The translations under genes and the position numbers were made by a program. A stretch of 64,000 bases of DNA from Vicugna vicugna (Eukaryota): the NCBI GenBank assembly GCA_013265495.1, contig MU057880.1:960527-1024526 (forward strand), read 5' to 3'. Positions 24,504 through 38,744 of the stretch are shown here, piece by piece. Under the pieces are notes generated by a model. It saw only the letters and a program-made list of their open reading frames with translations, did no database searches and was not told where the DNA came from. The first letter of the stretch is position 1, and each line of letters begins with the position of its first letter.

Positions 24504-25259
24504 CTGGAGGAGAAAAATGAAACACCTTAAATGTTTATGGATGTTTACAAGGTATAGAAACACCTTTTCCCTGTTTCTCCCTCAGCTGTCTTTTGAGTCT
24601 TAACTTTCCCCCTTGATGTCACATAATTAAATACCAAGTCTATATGTGTTTCCAGAATATATTGTTTCCAGAATATATGCCAGTGTTTTGAGGGGAGGTG
24701 CTGACACTGCAAAAACACAGGTTTTTGCTAAGTAGCTTTTCTTGAATACACCAACAAAAGTATTCCATTAGATAGAGATATTTTCTGCCAAGTGATTACA
24801 TATTAGTCTGATATGATTCCAGTTTAGGAAAAACAATGTTTAGCATTTAAATCATACTTTTTCAAATGTTTTAATTACTAGATGGTACATGTAGTATTTC
24901 TCAAAAATATGTAGGCATATCTCTAATAGATTTTTTTTTCTACTGTTTGTTTGGTTTCTACTGTTTGTTTGGTTTTTAAACAAGTATGCATTTTTAGGCT
25001 TTTGACCAGATATTTGTTTCAGTAAAAACATCTTTGGCTAACCTTATCTTAAAATCGCTGTAGTATATATGCAACTACCAAATGCTCAGATTTTTATTGT
25101 AATTCAGTGTATGCTATCTTCCCTCTTTATAACTTATAAAATGTAAGGCACTACCACCAACAACCATGGGATAAAGCAAAACTAAAATTGTATGTTTATA
25201 AATTTTTAAAATGTGATTATATATCGCATTATACATACAGTAAAGAGGATTTTACACTT

Positions 25260-25960
25260 TTTTTTTATCGTGGTAAAATATAAATAACATAAAATTTTCC
25301 ATTTTAACCCTTTTTAAGTGTATAGTTCAATGGCATTTCATTACATTGTTGTACACCACCATCCCTCTCCTGAACTTTTTCATTTTCCCAAACTGAAAAG
25401 TGAAACTCTGTACCTTTAGACAGTAACTTCCCACACCCTCTTCCCCTCAACCCCTGACAGCACCATTCACAAACTTTTTGTCTCTGTGAATTTGACTACA
25501 CTAGTTACCTCATATAAATGGACTCATACAACATTTGTTTGTGACTGGCTTATTTCAGTAGCATTGTGTCTTCAAATTCTATCCATGTTGTAGCGTGTGT
25601 CAGAATTTCCTCCCTTTAAAGGCTGAATTATAATTCCTTGTGTATATGTAACACATTTGGTTTAACTCTGTCCATTGATGGACACTTGGGTTGTTTCCAT
25701 ATTTTGGCTGTTAGGAACATGCATACATGAATATGTTTAATTCCCTGCTTTCAGTTCTTTTAGGTATATACTAAGAAGTAGAATGGCTGGGCCATATTGT
25801 AATTCTACATTTAATTTTTTGAGGACCCACCATACTGTTTTCTACAGCAGTTGTGCTATTTTACATTCCCACCAGCATGAGTTCCAGTTTCTCCACATCC
25901 TCATCAATAGTTGTTTTTTTCTGTGTTTTTGATAACAGCCATCCTAGTGAGTGTGATACA
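25260..25960 (-). mobile_element. L1 (L1MA/MB-like) 3' end
   Basis: Poly(T) start; ccattgatggacacttgggttgtttcca; ttttacattcccaccagca. Confidence 0.85.
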
Positions 25961-26149
25961 CACTATTTTTAAATATCAGGAGTGCTTTTATCATCTCTCA
26001 CTCTGGGGTAATGTTCTCTAAATTGCTCTGTATTCTAGGAAGAAAATTTTCCTATGTTCTGAAGAAAGTGAAGTAACTATTTGATAATCACTTTGACCTG
26101 TTTTCTTTTCTGGTCGTCCCAAGCACGGGGTTATCAGAATTTCAACACT

Positions 26150-29100
26150 GAGCATAACTTATGTGAGTCGCTGTTCCTTTGCTCCCAGAGTGATTGTGTT
26201 TTTGGCATCTATGGAAAGACTTGGACAAGGCAGCAGCCACTGGCATGTGCCGGGGGATTCTGGCCCCACCACACCCCCACCCCGTGCTCTGGCTCTGGCC
26301 CCTCTGGCTCCAGTCCCCCATCCCCAAAGTAGCAGCTGCCAGTGTACCCCGGGAGAAGTCCCCTGGCTCACATGGGACTCTGACTCTAGCCCCTTCATCT
26401 CTAGCCCCCAACCCTACACCAAGGCAATGGCCTGGGCATGTTCCAGAAAAAGCTCTGCCCTATGTTTGTTTCAGACCCAGCACTCCCACCAGGGCCACTG
26501 GGCACACATAAACCACATAGGGTGCTCCCGCACGAGGACACATGGCAAAGCCAGAAGTAACTGTTACAACTGATTTCACAAGGTCAGGCAAAATGAGGAG
26601 ACAGAGGAATATATTCCAAATTAAAGACCAAGATAAAGCCCCCTGCCCCCAACTCTAAAAAAAATGGAGATAAGTGATTTTCCTGACAAACAGTTCAAAG
26701 CAATGGTCATAAAAATGCTCACACAACTCGGGAAAAGAATAGAGGAACACATAACTTTAACAAAGAATTAGAAAAGATAAAAAAGAACCACTCAGAGCTG
26801 AAGATTACAAAAGCTGAAATGAAAAGTACACAAGAGGGAATCACAGTAGATTAGATGATACAGAAGAATGCTTAGCAACCCGGAGGACAGAATAGTGTAA
26901 ATCACCCAATCAGAACAACAGGAAGAAAAAATAATTTAAAAAAATGAGGCTAGTTTAAAGGGCCTCTGAAACAATAACAAGTATACTAATATTTGTATTA
27001 TAGGGATCCCAGAACAAGAAAAGTGAGGGAAAGGGGCAAAAAAAAGAAACACATTTGATTAAATAATGACTGAAAATTCCCCTAACCTGATAAAACATAT
27101 ATCCTGACCCAGGAAGCACAGAAAGTCCCAAACAAAATGACCCCAAAAAGATCCACACAAGACATATTATAATTAAAGTGGCAAGAGTTAAAGAGAAAAT
27201 TCTGAAGGCAGCAAGAAAAAAACCCAAGAGTCACATAAAAGGGAACCCTTATAAGGAAGGCTACTAGCTCATTTTTCAGTGGAAATTTGCAGGTCAGAAA
27301 GAAGGTGCATTATATAGTTAAAGTGATGAAAGAAAAAACTTGCAGCCAAGGATACTCTGGTAAGGTTATCATTCAGAATTGAAGGAGCACTAAAGAGTTT
27401 CCCAACAAGCAAAAACTAAAAAAGTTCATCACCACTAAACCATCCTTGTAAGAATGGTTTTTAAGTGGAAAAGCAAAGGCCATAATAAATAATAAACTAG
27501 ATGAAGGAAAAAAGTCTCACTGATAAAGGCAAATATGTATTAAAGGCAGTGGATCAGCTACTTAAAAGAGCTAGTATGAAGTTTGAAAGATGAAAGTTGT
27601 GAAATCAACTATAAGTACAATAAATAGTTAAGGGATGCACATAAAGATGTAAAATATGACATCAAAACAAAACTCGGGAGGGGGATAAAACATAGAGCTT
27701 TTAGAATGTGCTCTAAGTTAAACCGTCAGGTTACAAGTCTCTCAGCCTCTCTCTCTCTCTCTCTTTAATGGTAACTACAAACCATAAATCAATAACAGAT
27801 ACACAAAAAACAAAGAGAAAGAGACCCAAACATAACACTAAATGAAATCATTAAACCACAAGAGAGGATGCTAAAAGAAGAAAAGAACAAGCAAGAGTTA
27901 CAAAACAACCAGAAAACAAGCAACAACGTGGCAATAAGTACATACTTATCAACAATCACTTTAAATACAAGTGGACTATATGCACCACAAAAAAGACATA
28001 GAGTGGCTAAATGGATTAAAAGCAAGCGCCATCTAAGTGCTGCCTGCAAAAGACTCACTTCAGAGCAAAAACACATATGGACTGAAAATGAAGGGATGGA
28101 AAAACATATTCTATGCAAATGGAAATGAAAACTGGATTAGCAATACTTAAATCAGACAAAATAGACTTTACAGTCTATAACAAAAACCAGAAAAGGGCAT
28201 TATATAATGATAAAGGGGGTAAACCCAAGAAGAGGCTATAACATTTGTAAACATATATGCACTTACCATAGGAGCACCTAAATATGTAAAGTAGCTTTTA
28301 CTAGACATAAAGGGAGAAACTGACAGTAATACAATGATAGCAAGGACTTTAATACCTTTAATTAATACTTTAATTCACATCAATTGCTAGATCATCCAGA
28401 TAGAAAATCAACAAGAAAACTGGCTTTAAGTGATACGTAATACCAGATTGACTTGATAAATGTCTACAGAACATTTCGTTAAAAAACAACAGATTATGCA
28501 GTCTTCTTAAGTGCACATACAACATTCTCCAGGAGATACCACATGCTAGGCCACAAAACAAGTCTCCAAAAATTTAGGAAGATTGAAATCATAATATCAA
28601 GCATCTTTCTAACCACAATACTATGAAAGTAGAAATCAATTACAGGAAGAAAACTGGAAAACACAAACATGTGGAGACTGAACAACATGCTACTAAAAAA
28701 CCAATGGGTCAACAAAGAAATCAAAGAGGAAATAAAAAATACCTTAAAATGAGTGAAAATAGAAACACAATACTCCAGAATCTATGGGGGACAGCAAAAG
28801 CAGTTCTAAAAGGGAAGTTTATACTGATTCAAAGCTATTTCAAGAAACAAACAAACAAATCTCAAATAGACAACCTAACCTTACACCTTAAGGAACTAGA
28901 GAAAGAACAAACAAAACACAAAGTTACTAGAAGGAAGGAAATAATAAAGAGCAGAGCAAAAATAAATGAAATAGAGACTAAAAAAAAAAATAGAAAATGT
29001 CAATGACACTAAAAGCTGTTTTTTTTTGAGAAGATGAAAGATGGATAAATTTTTAGCCAGACTCATTAAGAAAAAAAGAGACAGAACTCAAATAAATAAA

Positions 29101-29255
29101 ATTAGAAATGGAAAAAGTCAAAGTTACAACTGATATCATAGAAATACAAACAATCATAAGAGAATACTACTAACAATTATATTCCAAATTGGACAATCTA
29201 CAAGAAATGTATAAATTCCTAGAAACAAACAATCTTACAAGAGTGCATCAGGAAT
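26150..29255 (+). mobile_element. L1 5' half: 5' UTR, decayed ORF1 (about 26590-27480), ORF2 endonuclease and downstream region
   Basis: ORF 27868..28128 contains STITLNTSGLYAPQKRHRVAKWI (L1 EN start); ORF 28623..29006 contains QNLWGTAKAVLKGKFI. Confidence 0.9.
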
Positions 29256-29259
29256 ATAT

Positions 29260-32200
29260 AAGGAAAAAGGTATTCCATGCAAATGGAGATCAAAAGAAAG
29301 CTGGAGCCACAATACGTATAGCAAATAAAATACACTAAAATATTGTTATAACAGACGAGGACACTACATAATGATCAAAGGATCAACCCAAGAAGATATA
29401 ACAATTGTAACTATATATGCATCCAGCAGAGGAGCACCTAACTGAATAAGGCAAATATTAACAGACGTGGAAGGAGAAATTGACAGTAACACAATTATAT
29501 TAGGGAACTTTAAAACCCCACTTACATCAATGGACAGATCATCCAGATGAAAAATCAATAAGGAAATACTGGCCTTAAATGATACATTAGACCAGATGGA
29601 CTTAATTGATACATAGAGAGCATTCTATCTGGAAGCAGCAGAATACACATTCTTTTCAAGAGCACACAGAACATTTTCCAGGACAGATCACAAAACAAGC
29701 CTAGACAAATTTAAGAATATTGAAATTATATCAAGCATCTTTTCTGACTACAATGCTAAGAGACTAGAAATCAACTGCAAGAAAAAAAATGCTGAAACCG
29801 CAAACACAGGAGGCCAAACAATATGCTATAAAAACCCAGTGGATCACTTAAGAAGTCAAAGAGGAAATAAAAAATACTTTGAGACAAATGAAAATGAGAA
29901 CATAATGATCCAAAACCTATGGGAAGCAGCAAAAACAGTCCTAAGAGAGAAGTTCATAAAAATACAAGCTTACCTCAGGAAACAAGCAAAATCTCAAATA
30001 AACAACCTAACCTTACATGTAAAGCAACTAGAGAAAGAGGAATAAATAAAACCCCAAGTTAGTAGAAGGAAATAAATCCTAAGGATTAGAGCAGAAATAA
30101 ATGAAACAGAGACTAAAAAAAATAGAAAAGATCAATGAAACTAAAAGCTGTTTCTTTGAAAAGATAAACAAAACTGATAAATCTTTAACCAGACTCATCA
30201 AGAAAAAAAGGGAGAGGGCCCAAATTAATAAAATCAGAAATGAAAAGGGAAATGATATAACCGACACCACAAAAACAGAAAGGATCTTAAGAGAATATTA
30301 TGAACAACTATATGCCAACTTAGAAGAAATGGACTAAATCTTAGAGAGGTACAATCTTCCAAGACTGAGCCAGGAAGAAATAGAAAATATGAACAGGCCA
30401 ATTCTCAGTAATGAGATTGAACCAGTAATTTAAAAACTCCAAAGAAACAAAAGTACAGGACAAGCTGGTTTTATAGGTGAATTCTACCAAACATTTAGGG
30501 AACAGTTAACACCTATCCTTCTGAAACTATTCCACAAAACTGCAGAGGAAAGAACACTTCTGAAGTCATTCTATGAGGCTAGTGTCACCCTGATACCAAA
30601 ACCAGACAAAGATATCATAACAAAAGGAAAATTACAGGCCAGTATCACTGATGAATATAGATGCAAAAATCCTCAACAAAATATTAGCAAAATGAATCCA
30701 ACAACACATTACAAAGATCGTACACCATGATCAAGTTGGATTCATCCCACAGTCACAAGGATGATTCAGTATCTGCAAATCAATCAGTCTTATACACCAC
30801 ATTAACGAATAGAAGAGTGAAAACCATATGATCATCTCAATAGATGCATAGAAAGTATTTGACAAAGTTCAACTTCCGTTTATGATAAAAACTCTCCAGA
30901 ATGTGGGCATGGAGGGAACATACTGAAACATAATAAAAGCCATATATGACAAACCCATGACTAACAGTATTCTCAATGGTGAAGAGCTGAAAGCACTTCC
31001 TCTAAGACCAGGAACAAGACAAGGATGCCCACTCTTGCCACTTTTAGTCTACATAGTTTTGGAAGTGCTAGCCACAGCAATCAGAGAAGAAAAAGAAAGA
31101 AAAGGAATCCAACTGGAAAGGGAGAAATAAAACTGTCACTGTTTACAGATGACATGATACTATACATAGAAAATCCCACAGATTCCACCAGAAAACTACT
31201 AGATCTCATTAATGAATTCAGTAAAGTTGCAGGATACAAAATTAACGTATAGTAACCTGTTACATTTTTACACACCAATAATGAGCTATCAGAAAGTGAA
31301 ATTAAGAGAATAATCCCCCTTACAATCAAATCAAGAAAAATAAAATACCTAGGAATAAATTTTATCAAGGAGGTGAAAGAAATGTACTCTGAAAACTATA
31401 AGGCATTGATGAAAGAAAATGAAGACATCAAATAAGTGGAAAGATACACTGTGTTCTTGGATTGGAAGAATTAATATTGTTAAAATGTCCATACTGCCCA
31501 AAGCAATCTACAGAGTCAATGCAATCCCTGTCAGAATATCCATGGCATTTTTCAGGGAGCTAGAACAAATAATTCTAAACTTTGTATAGAACCACAGAAA
31601 AACCTGGAATAGCTAAAGCAATCTGGAGAAGGAAGAACAATGCTGGAAGTATCACACTCTCTGACTTCACACTATACTACAAAGCTATGGTAATCAGAAC
31701 AGTATGGTACTGGCACGAAAGCAGATAGAGCGATCAGTGGAACCCACGCACTTATGTTCAATTAGTCTATAACAAAGGAGGCAAGACTACATATGGAAAA
31801 GAGAGTCTCTTCAATAAATGATGTTGGGAAAGCTGGACAGTTACATGTAAAAGAATGAAATGAAAACAGTTTCTCATGCCATACACAAAAATAAACTCAA
31901 AATGGGTTTAAGACTTAAATATAAGACCTGAAATCATAAAAGGCCTGGAAGAAAATAAGATGTATGCTTTTTGCCGTCAGTGTAAGCAGAATTTTTGGAT
32001 GTCTCCTCAGTCAAGGGAAACAAAAGCAAAACTAAACAAATGGGACTTACTTAAATTAAAAAAAGCTTTTGCACAGCAAAGGGAACCATCAATAAAATGA
32101 AAAGCAGCCTACCGAATGGGAGAAGATATTTGCAAGTGATGTGACCGATAAAGGGTTATTATCCAAAGTATATAAAGACCTCATACAACTTAACATCAAA

Positions 32201-33105
32201 TAAACAAAAATCTGTTTAAAAAATGAGGCCACCTGAATAGGCATTTTTCCAAAGAAGACATACAGATGGCCAACAGTCACATGAAATGTGCGCAACATCA
32301 CTAATCATCAGGGAAATGCAAATCAAAAGCACAATGAGACATCCCTCACACCTGTAAGAATGGGTATCATCAAAAAGACAAGAAATTACAAGTATTGATG
32401 AGGATGTGGAGAAAAGAGAACCCTTGTACACTGTTGGTGGGAATGTAAATTGGTGCAGCCACTATGGAAAACAGTATGAAGGGTCCTCAAAAAATGAAAA
32501 ATAGAATTACCATATGATCTAGCAGTTCCACTCCTGGGTATTTATCTGAAGAAAATGAAAACACTAGTTGGAAAAAATACATGCACCCCAATGATCATGG
32601 CATTATTTACAGTTGCCAAGATGTGGAAGCAACCTAGATGTCCATCAGCAGATGAATGGATAAGGAAGATGTGGTGTATATACTACTCAGCCATAAAAAA
32701 GAAAAAAATCTTATTTGCAGCAACATGGATGGACCTGGAGGGTATTATGCTTAGTGAAATAAGTCGAAGAAAGGCAAATACAGTATATTTTCATTTATAT
32801 CTAAAGAACAAAACAAATGTAACAAAACAGAAACAGACTCACAGATATAGAAAACAAACTAGTAGTTACCAGACAGGGGAGGGGGTGGTAAAATAGGTGA
32901 AGGATATTAAGAGTTCCAAGCTACCAGTTATACAATAAGTAAGTCACAGAGTTACAATGTATAGCACAGATAATATAGGTAATATTTTATATTAACTTTG
33001 TATGTTGGTAATCTATAAAAATATTGAGTCACTATGTTGTACACCTGAAACTAATGTAGTATTGTAAGTCAACTATACTTCAATACATTAAAAATTTAAA
33101 AAGAA
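29260..33105 (+). mobile_element. L1 ORF2 (EN, RT, C-terminus) and 3' UTR with A-rich tail; frameshifted
   Basis: [28 protein letters not shown] (RT YADD-equivalent), ALFTVAKMWKQPRCP. Confidence 0.93.
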
Positions 33106-33366
33106 AAGTGTATTATTTAAGACAAAAATTTAATTTACAAGTAACTCATATTAATCTAAAAATAAAATGGAATGGCTTAGGGAAAAAAAAGAACTGGACA
33201 GCTTCCTGCCAATAAACATTTTATTGATGAACAGAGCTTTAAGTATATATAACTCTGACTTATGCTTCTTGAGGTGAGTTAGTGTTAGGGATCATAAGTG
33301 TCTTTCTTAGAGAAACTCTGTAGAAAGAGATTTATTATTTCTTTACAGAAAGAAAAAAAATTATAC

Positions 33367-33585
33367 CTGGTATTTCTACCTGAAGCAATGAAAGGAATTT
33401 CAGTACAAAGATGGGCATCCAACATAAAGCATCAGTAAATACAATAAAGAAAAACCGTTTGGCTAAGATCATCTCTTTTCTAACTTGATTCCGAACTTCA
33501 GTGGCTGTTAGGGCGCTTTGATGAACGCTGTAAAACATGCTTCCGTAGGAGAAAACTATGATGATAAACGCTGCCAAATTAATAC
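33367..33585 (-). CDS. RXFP1: RXFP1 exon 17 (219 nt): TM5-ICL3-TM6 (FTDALCWMP)
   Basis: ORF 33335..33598; tag|GT...CCAG|gtata. Confidence 0.97.
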
Positions 33586-34252
33586 CTATGAGGGACACAA
33601 AGTTTACTATTCATGAATATGAACATTTTCAAAACAAATAAACATTCTCTTAGCTGTTATTACAAAGAAGTTACAAAGACCACAATGTGTTTTCTGTTCT
33701 TCATAAGAATGACTTAAGTACAAAAATCATGAATTAAAAAATTTAAATATCATTGGAGTAATAAACAATGATGAAATGTTTAATTTTAAAATGGCATATT
33801 AAAATTAGATTATAGCCATTCAGTGAATATCTCGGGCTTATTAAATTAATCTTCCTCGTATTAATTTTTTGCTAATTCAACTATTTTAAGTTTTACTTTG
33901 AAAATGTTTTCACAAGAGAAAACACTTGTTTGTCTACTCTCAAGCCAAAGAGTTGTGTGACTACTTTGAATTTGTTCATGTTATAAAGGCAGAGTTAAAA
34001 TATATTTTGCTTAGTATTGTTAGAGTGAATGCGTGACAGGCAAGTGTTTAGTAGCTTGCCTAAATTAATATGATGAGGTGGTAATTTAGAAGACAGATCC
34101 CTTCAGGAGATTCTGATACAATCCACCCCAGTGTCGCTTTCGCTTAGAAGATCTGCGATAAAAAGCTGTAAACGTTAGAAGGCGTCATGAGAGTCCTACT
34201 GGGATGTATTCTAACATTAGAATGAAAGTGCTTATCAGACAGAATTTCTTAC

Positions 34253-34663
34253 CAAGAAAAATTGCCACGGAATAAATCTGGGCTCCAATACTTTCTGCAT
34301 CTTCTGAATGAAGAGGGAAACATACTCCATTGGTGCCGTAGTAGTTTTTGAAAAATTCCTTATTGCTCAGTGGGACGAAAGCCACGATGAAGCCAACAAT
34401 CCAGATAAGAATCAGAACGGTGATGGTTCTGCACTTTCCAGGTCTCAGACATCGAAAAGGGTACACAATGCAGATGTACTTCTCCAGCGTCAGGAACGTC
34501 AGGAGCAGCACCGACACTTCCGTGGACAGGATGGCCACGGAGCCCAGCAGCTGGCAGTGCGGGCTCTCCGTCCACAGCTGCGCGTGCTTGTTGTACTCGC
34601 CTCGGAACTTCAGGTCAAACGCCCCGATCGAGAACAGGTAGATGCCCATCAGGCAGTCGGCAC
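34253..34663 (-). CDS. RXFP1: RXFP1 exon 16 (411 nt): TM2-ECL1-TM3 (TLEKY)-TM4-ECL2
   Basis: Overlaps ORF 34185..34649; tag|GT...CTTG|gtaag. Confidence 0.97.
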
Positions 34664-36327
34664 CTAGAGCGATCAGGACGTTTCACAAATTTAGAGAGAA
34701 AAACAGGTAAAATGAAGTTATCAGTCAGCAGTCATATTTTTAAGATTAGCTAAAAAATAGCCAAGTTTCTTCTGTCATGGTGGGGAAGTAGTTTTTATTC
34801 TAAGAATTTGTTTGTCGGTAAGGACCACTTCACCAACTCTCTTTGGTCCCCACCAGTAGAGGCCCTCTGCAGCTGATTGTGTAATCAGTTCTCTGCTTTT
34901 GACTAATGGACAGGTCTGTGAGAGCAGGGATCTTGTCTGTTTTGTTTTCCATTCTAGCCCCATCACTTGAAGTGTTGAATAAATGAGTAAAATGCAATTA
35001 TGTTGAGCATCCGATTAGGGACAAGATGGGGAGGTTATAATTGGGTCCATCTCTTCCCCTGAGATTCTCCCGGCTTAACAAGCTAAAGGCATCGTTCAAA
35101 AGCCCAGAGGAGGTGATTCAGAAGTTGCTATAATAATGACTATGAATTTTGAAGTCTATAATTTAGAAGACACTACTAATGATGAAGTGCTTTGCAGTCA
35201 GTGTAGTTTTGCGGGACTTAAATGATTTACCCAGAGGTTCTCTCTGATTCTCTCTTCCCATTTTAACATCTTCCTCTGTCTCTTTAAACTTCTCCAGCCC
35301 CCAGATCAGCTGTTAATGTGATACACTTCTTGCTTAAAAAGCAAATACTACATATTAGAAAGCAGGTGATTTTTGTTTGTTTGTTTGTTTGTTTGTTTTA
35401 ACATATAAGCATTCTACACAAAGATCCTAAAAATCACATCATGGCATAAATCATAAGGCTGGCCCTAATCTTTAAACACAGAGGCTATATTCTAGCTTTT
35501 ATCAGAGAATTTGAGCATATTCAAAATGCTGTAGCTAACAGTACAGAGTAGTAAACAGTTTCTGAGTTCTGCTTCTTGGCTAGCTTGCAATGAAAAAACA
35601 GTTAAGACATTAGACTTTGAACAGGGTGTGGATAAGATGTGGAAGGGCACACGAAAGAGTAGAACATGGCATGGGTTGATGCTTGTTTGAAGGAGGATGG
35701 CTAAATCACAGGCCACTTGACCCAGACTGTACACCCCCTGAGAACTGGTTTATAACTTTAATCTATTTTTTTGTATTCCTCATTTAACAAAATACCTTGC
35801 AACCACATTTTCAGAACTTAAAAAATGTAACTCTCTTAAAAACACTTTCTTATTTAAATGTTTCAAATTATGAGTGGAAAAGATGCTAGCAGCTTAAAAA
35901 TAACTATACGTGGAGTCAGTGTCTATGAACTGGCTGTGCAAACAAGAAGGTAACAGCAGGTCTGGATGTGAAAATGTGGCTATGGAAGTTTCTCTTTTAT
36001 TAATTGTAAAAGATTTTATATGCTTTAATAAAATATTATACCTTCAGAGAAGACAGAAAATGAACCAAAGCTTCTTTATGAGACAGAATTCATGAGTGGG
36101 AGCTTCAGTCATCTGTGTGAAGTGACTTGAGTTTTCTTAGTTAAAAAACTTTCTTACTGCTAAAGTAATTTTATTTTCATTGTAGTGAATGTGAAAACAA
36201 TATACAAGCCAAGAGGAGAAACTGTAAAGATCTCATAATTCTGTTACTCTGTTTCCTTATTTTCTAGTAGCAATGCTTTTTATGTGTTTTGAAATGGTAA
36301 ATTCCTCATTAGCCAGGAGGAACTCAC

Positions 36328-36557
36328 AGCAGAGAGAAATGATGGACATGGCGTGCAGTCTGTTCTCAGATCTGATGTAAGGTCGCGTACAAATAACAAA
36401 GATGTTTCCAAAGCATGTGACTGCAGACACAACCCAGACAAACACCCTCTGAATGATGCTCGCCAGGAGATTCTCTAAAGATGAGATGCCATCAGTGTTC
36501 GGTTTGCAGCTGCGGACATGCGGGGTGTAGCCACAGTACTGGAATTTCTTAAAATAG
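36328..36557 (-). CDS. RXFP1: RXFP1 exon 15 (230 nt): hinge ([19 protein letters not shown]) + TM1
   Basis: ORF 36257..36568; cag|C...TGCT|gtgag. Confidence 0.97.
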
Positions 36558-36660
36558 CTGAGGTACAAAGAGAAGGGGAAAGAAGATTGTAAATTTGATT
36601 CAGTGTCACTCTACATGCATATCAGTTGTCTACATGTTCTCAGTAGAAAGAAAATGTCTT

Positions 36661-37070
36661 AAGATGTGAGGCGAGAAAGAGAAAGAAAAATACCATATGA
36701 TATCACTTATATGTGGAATCTAAAAAAAGAAGAAAAGAGGACACTAATGAACTCATCTACAGAACAGAAACAGACTCGCAGACAGTAAACAATCTTATGG
36801 TTACCTGGGGAAAGGGGGGGTGGGGAGGGATAAATTTGGGAGTTTGAGATTTGCAAATGTTAGCCACTATATATAAAAATAGATTTTAAAAACCCACAAA
36901 TTTCTTCTGTATAGCACAGGGAACTATATTCAATATCGTGTCGTGNNNNNNNNNNNNNNNNNNNNNNNNNNNNNNNNNNNNNNNNNNNNNNNNNNNNNNN
37001 NNNNNNNNNNNNNNNNNNNNNNNNNNNNNNNNAACTGACTGTACTTAAAAAAAAAAAAAAAGACGTGAGG
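36661..37070 (+). mobile_element. Young 5'-truncated L1 3' end with 11-bp TSD aaga(t/c)gtgagg
   Basis: TSD at 36661-36671 and 37060-37070; poly(A) before the right copy; TCTT/AA endonuclease site; spans the assembly gap. Confidence 0.85.
36946..37032. other. Assembly gap (87 N)
   Basis: Run of N. Confidence 1.
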
Positions 37071-38744
37071 GATACTGCAGCTTGAAACTTAAGTTTAGTT
37101 CTCATTAACATGATTTTACTGTAAAAGAACATGTGAGAGCAGCAAACAGGCAAAATGAATATACAAATGTTAGGCAAGACTTAGAATATGAATCAACTGT
37201 TAACATGTGATCCAGGCAGCCCACCCAAGGAGACAGCTATGGGGTTCTTAGGGTTTGGTGTATGTGAATGCACTGTTACCGAACTCCTATGATCACTGCA
37301 GCTGACTGCTTTTTCACACTCAAGGGGAGAGAGTTAAGTTCTTTGTCCTCTGTGCTTCCATGACTTTCCTATTACAGAAGTTAATCATGTGATGTGTAAC
37401 TACTTGCTAACATGCATATCTCTGACACTGGATTTTGGTACACAGTAAGGTGTTCAGGAAGTATTTGTTGAGTGAATTCTTTCACCAGCAGAGAGACCTC
37501 CCTTGTTAACAGTCACCACCTGAATAATCAGTAATTACTACTGTGTTACCACCAACACCCACACCGTTTTTTGAGCATCTTCTAAGTATCAGGGGCAACC
37601 CCTCACATCAACTCCATGAGGTTGGTGTCAGTATCACCATATGAGGAGATGAAGCTTCAATGGAGGCAAATTATCTGCCAGGAAATTTTCTAATAAGTGT
37701 AGAAATTAGGATTCAATTTCGATCTATTTGCCCCTAAAGCCATGTACTCTGGCATAAAATAGAAATGATGTTTATCGTATAAAGAGTTGCAGTAATACAA
37801 GGTAACTTGAGGATTACAGTATATCATCCTGCAGTTTCACTCTTGCTGCCTGGATCCCTGTATCTGACATGGCTTCTGCCCAGTTCAAGTCGCCTCCATG
37901 AGTTGTTTCTCGGGTTTTGTGAGCTATGCCATTTTCTCCCAATAAACTCTGCTTTGCTTAATTCAGTCAGAGTGTTTTATGTTGTGTGCAACCAAGGGAA
38001 TTTTATAAGCATTCTCTCTGAGGAACTATGGAAAGCAAAAACAGTGTCCTCTGTTGGATTTAAAATACAAGTCAGATGATAGACTGGTGGTCGCTGACAT
38101 GCCACTTTCTAAATTATTGAGAATTAATTACCTTGGCATGGAGGTCATTCTAATCCTGGCTATAAGATCGCATTCAATTAAAGAAAATGTTTGTAAAGCA
38201 TGTAATCAATGGTGCGATGAGACACACTGTTTGAATGAAAGATTTTTCAAAGTTTACCCTTCTGTCCATGTACCCTTGCCCCAGTCATGCCCTGATGCTC
38301 TGGGCAGTTTTCATTGAGGAGGGCTTCTCTCTTCCTTCTTCCTTGTAGAGCAGTTATTTATCTATAATTATTTTATGCTGTCTGTATATACTCCTCTTTC
38401 ATCTGGTCTCATTCATGCCACGTGTACAAACGACTAGCTCATCAGGCAAACATCTGTATTGGGAGTGGCTGCAGAGTGGAGGGGGCGAACGAGGCTGAGT
38501 GGGTTCCCGCCGCACTCCTGTTCTCTGCCATCCAAACACATCTCCTTTGACGCCAGGAAACTACGGAAAACTAAAGTCACCCTAGGCAACGTCAGCCATT
38601 TAAGAGTTAATCGTTGTTTAGGTGAATTAGTCCGTAGGAAATACTAGCAGATCGGATGCATTGGGTGTGGCGATATTAGCACAATACACGTGGAGACGGA
38701 AAAGATTAACATCGAAGTGAAGAACAAGAAAAACGTCTGCTTAC

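Noticed and set aside
23880..24980. Short direct duplications (about 31-nt unit near 23882-23935; 16-18-nt units near 24648 and 24950)
   Set aside because: Two-copy slippage duplications, not CRISPR-like or functional arrays.
26150..33105. Active full-length L1
   Set aside because: ORF1 and ORF2 are broken by many stops and frameshifts.
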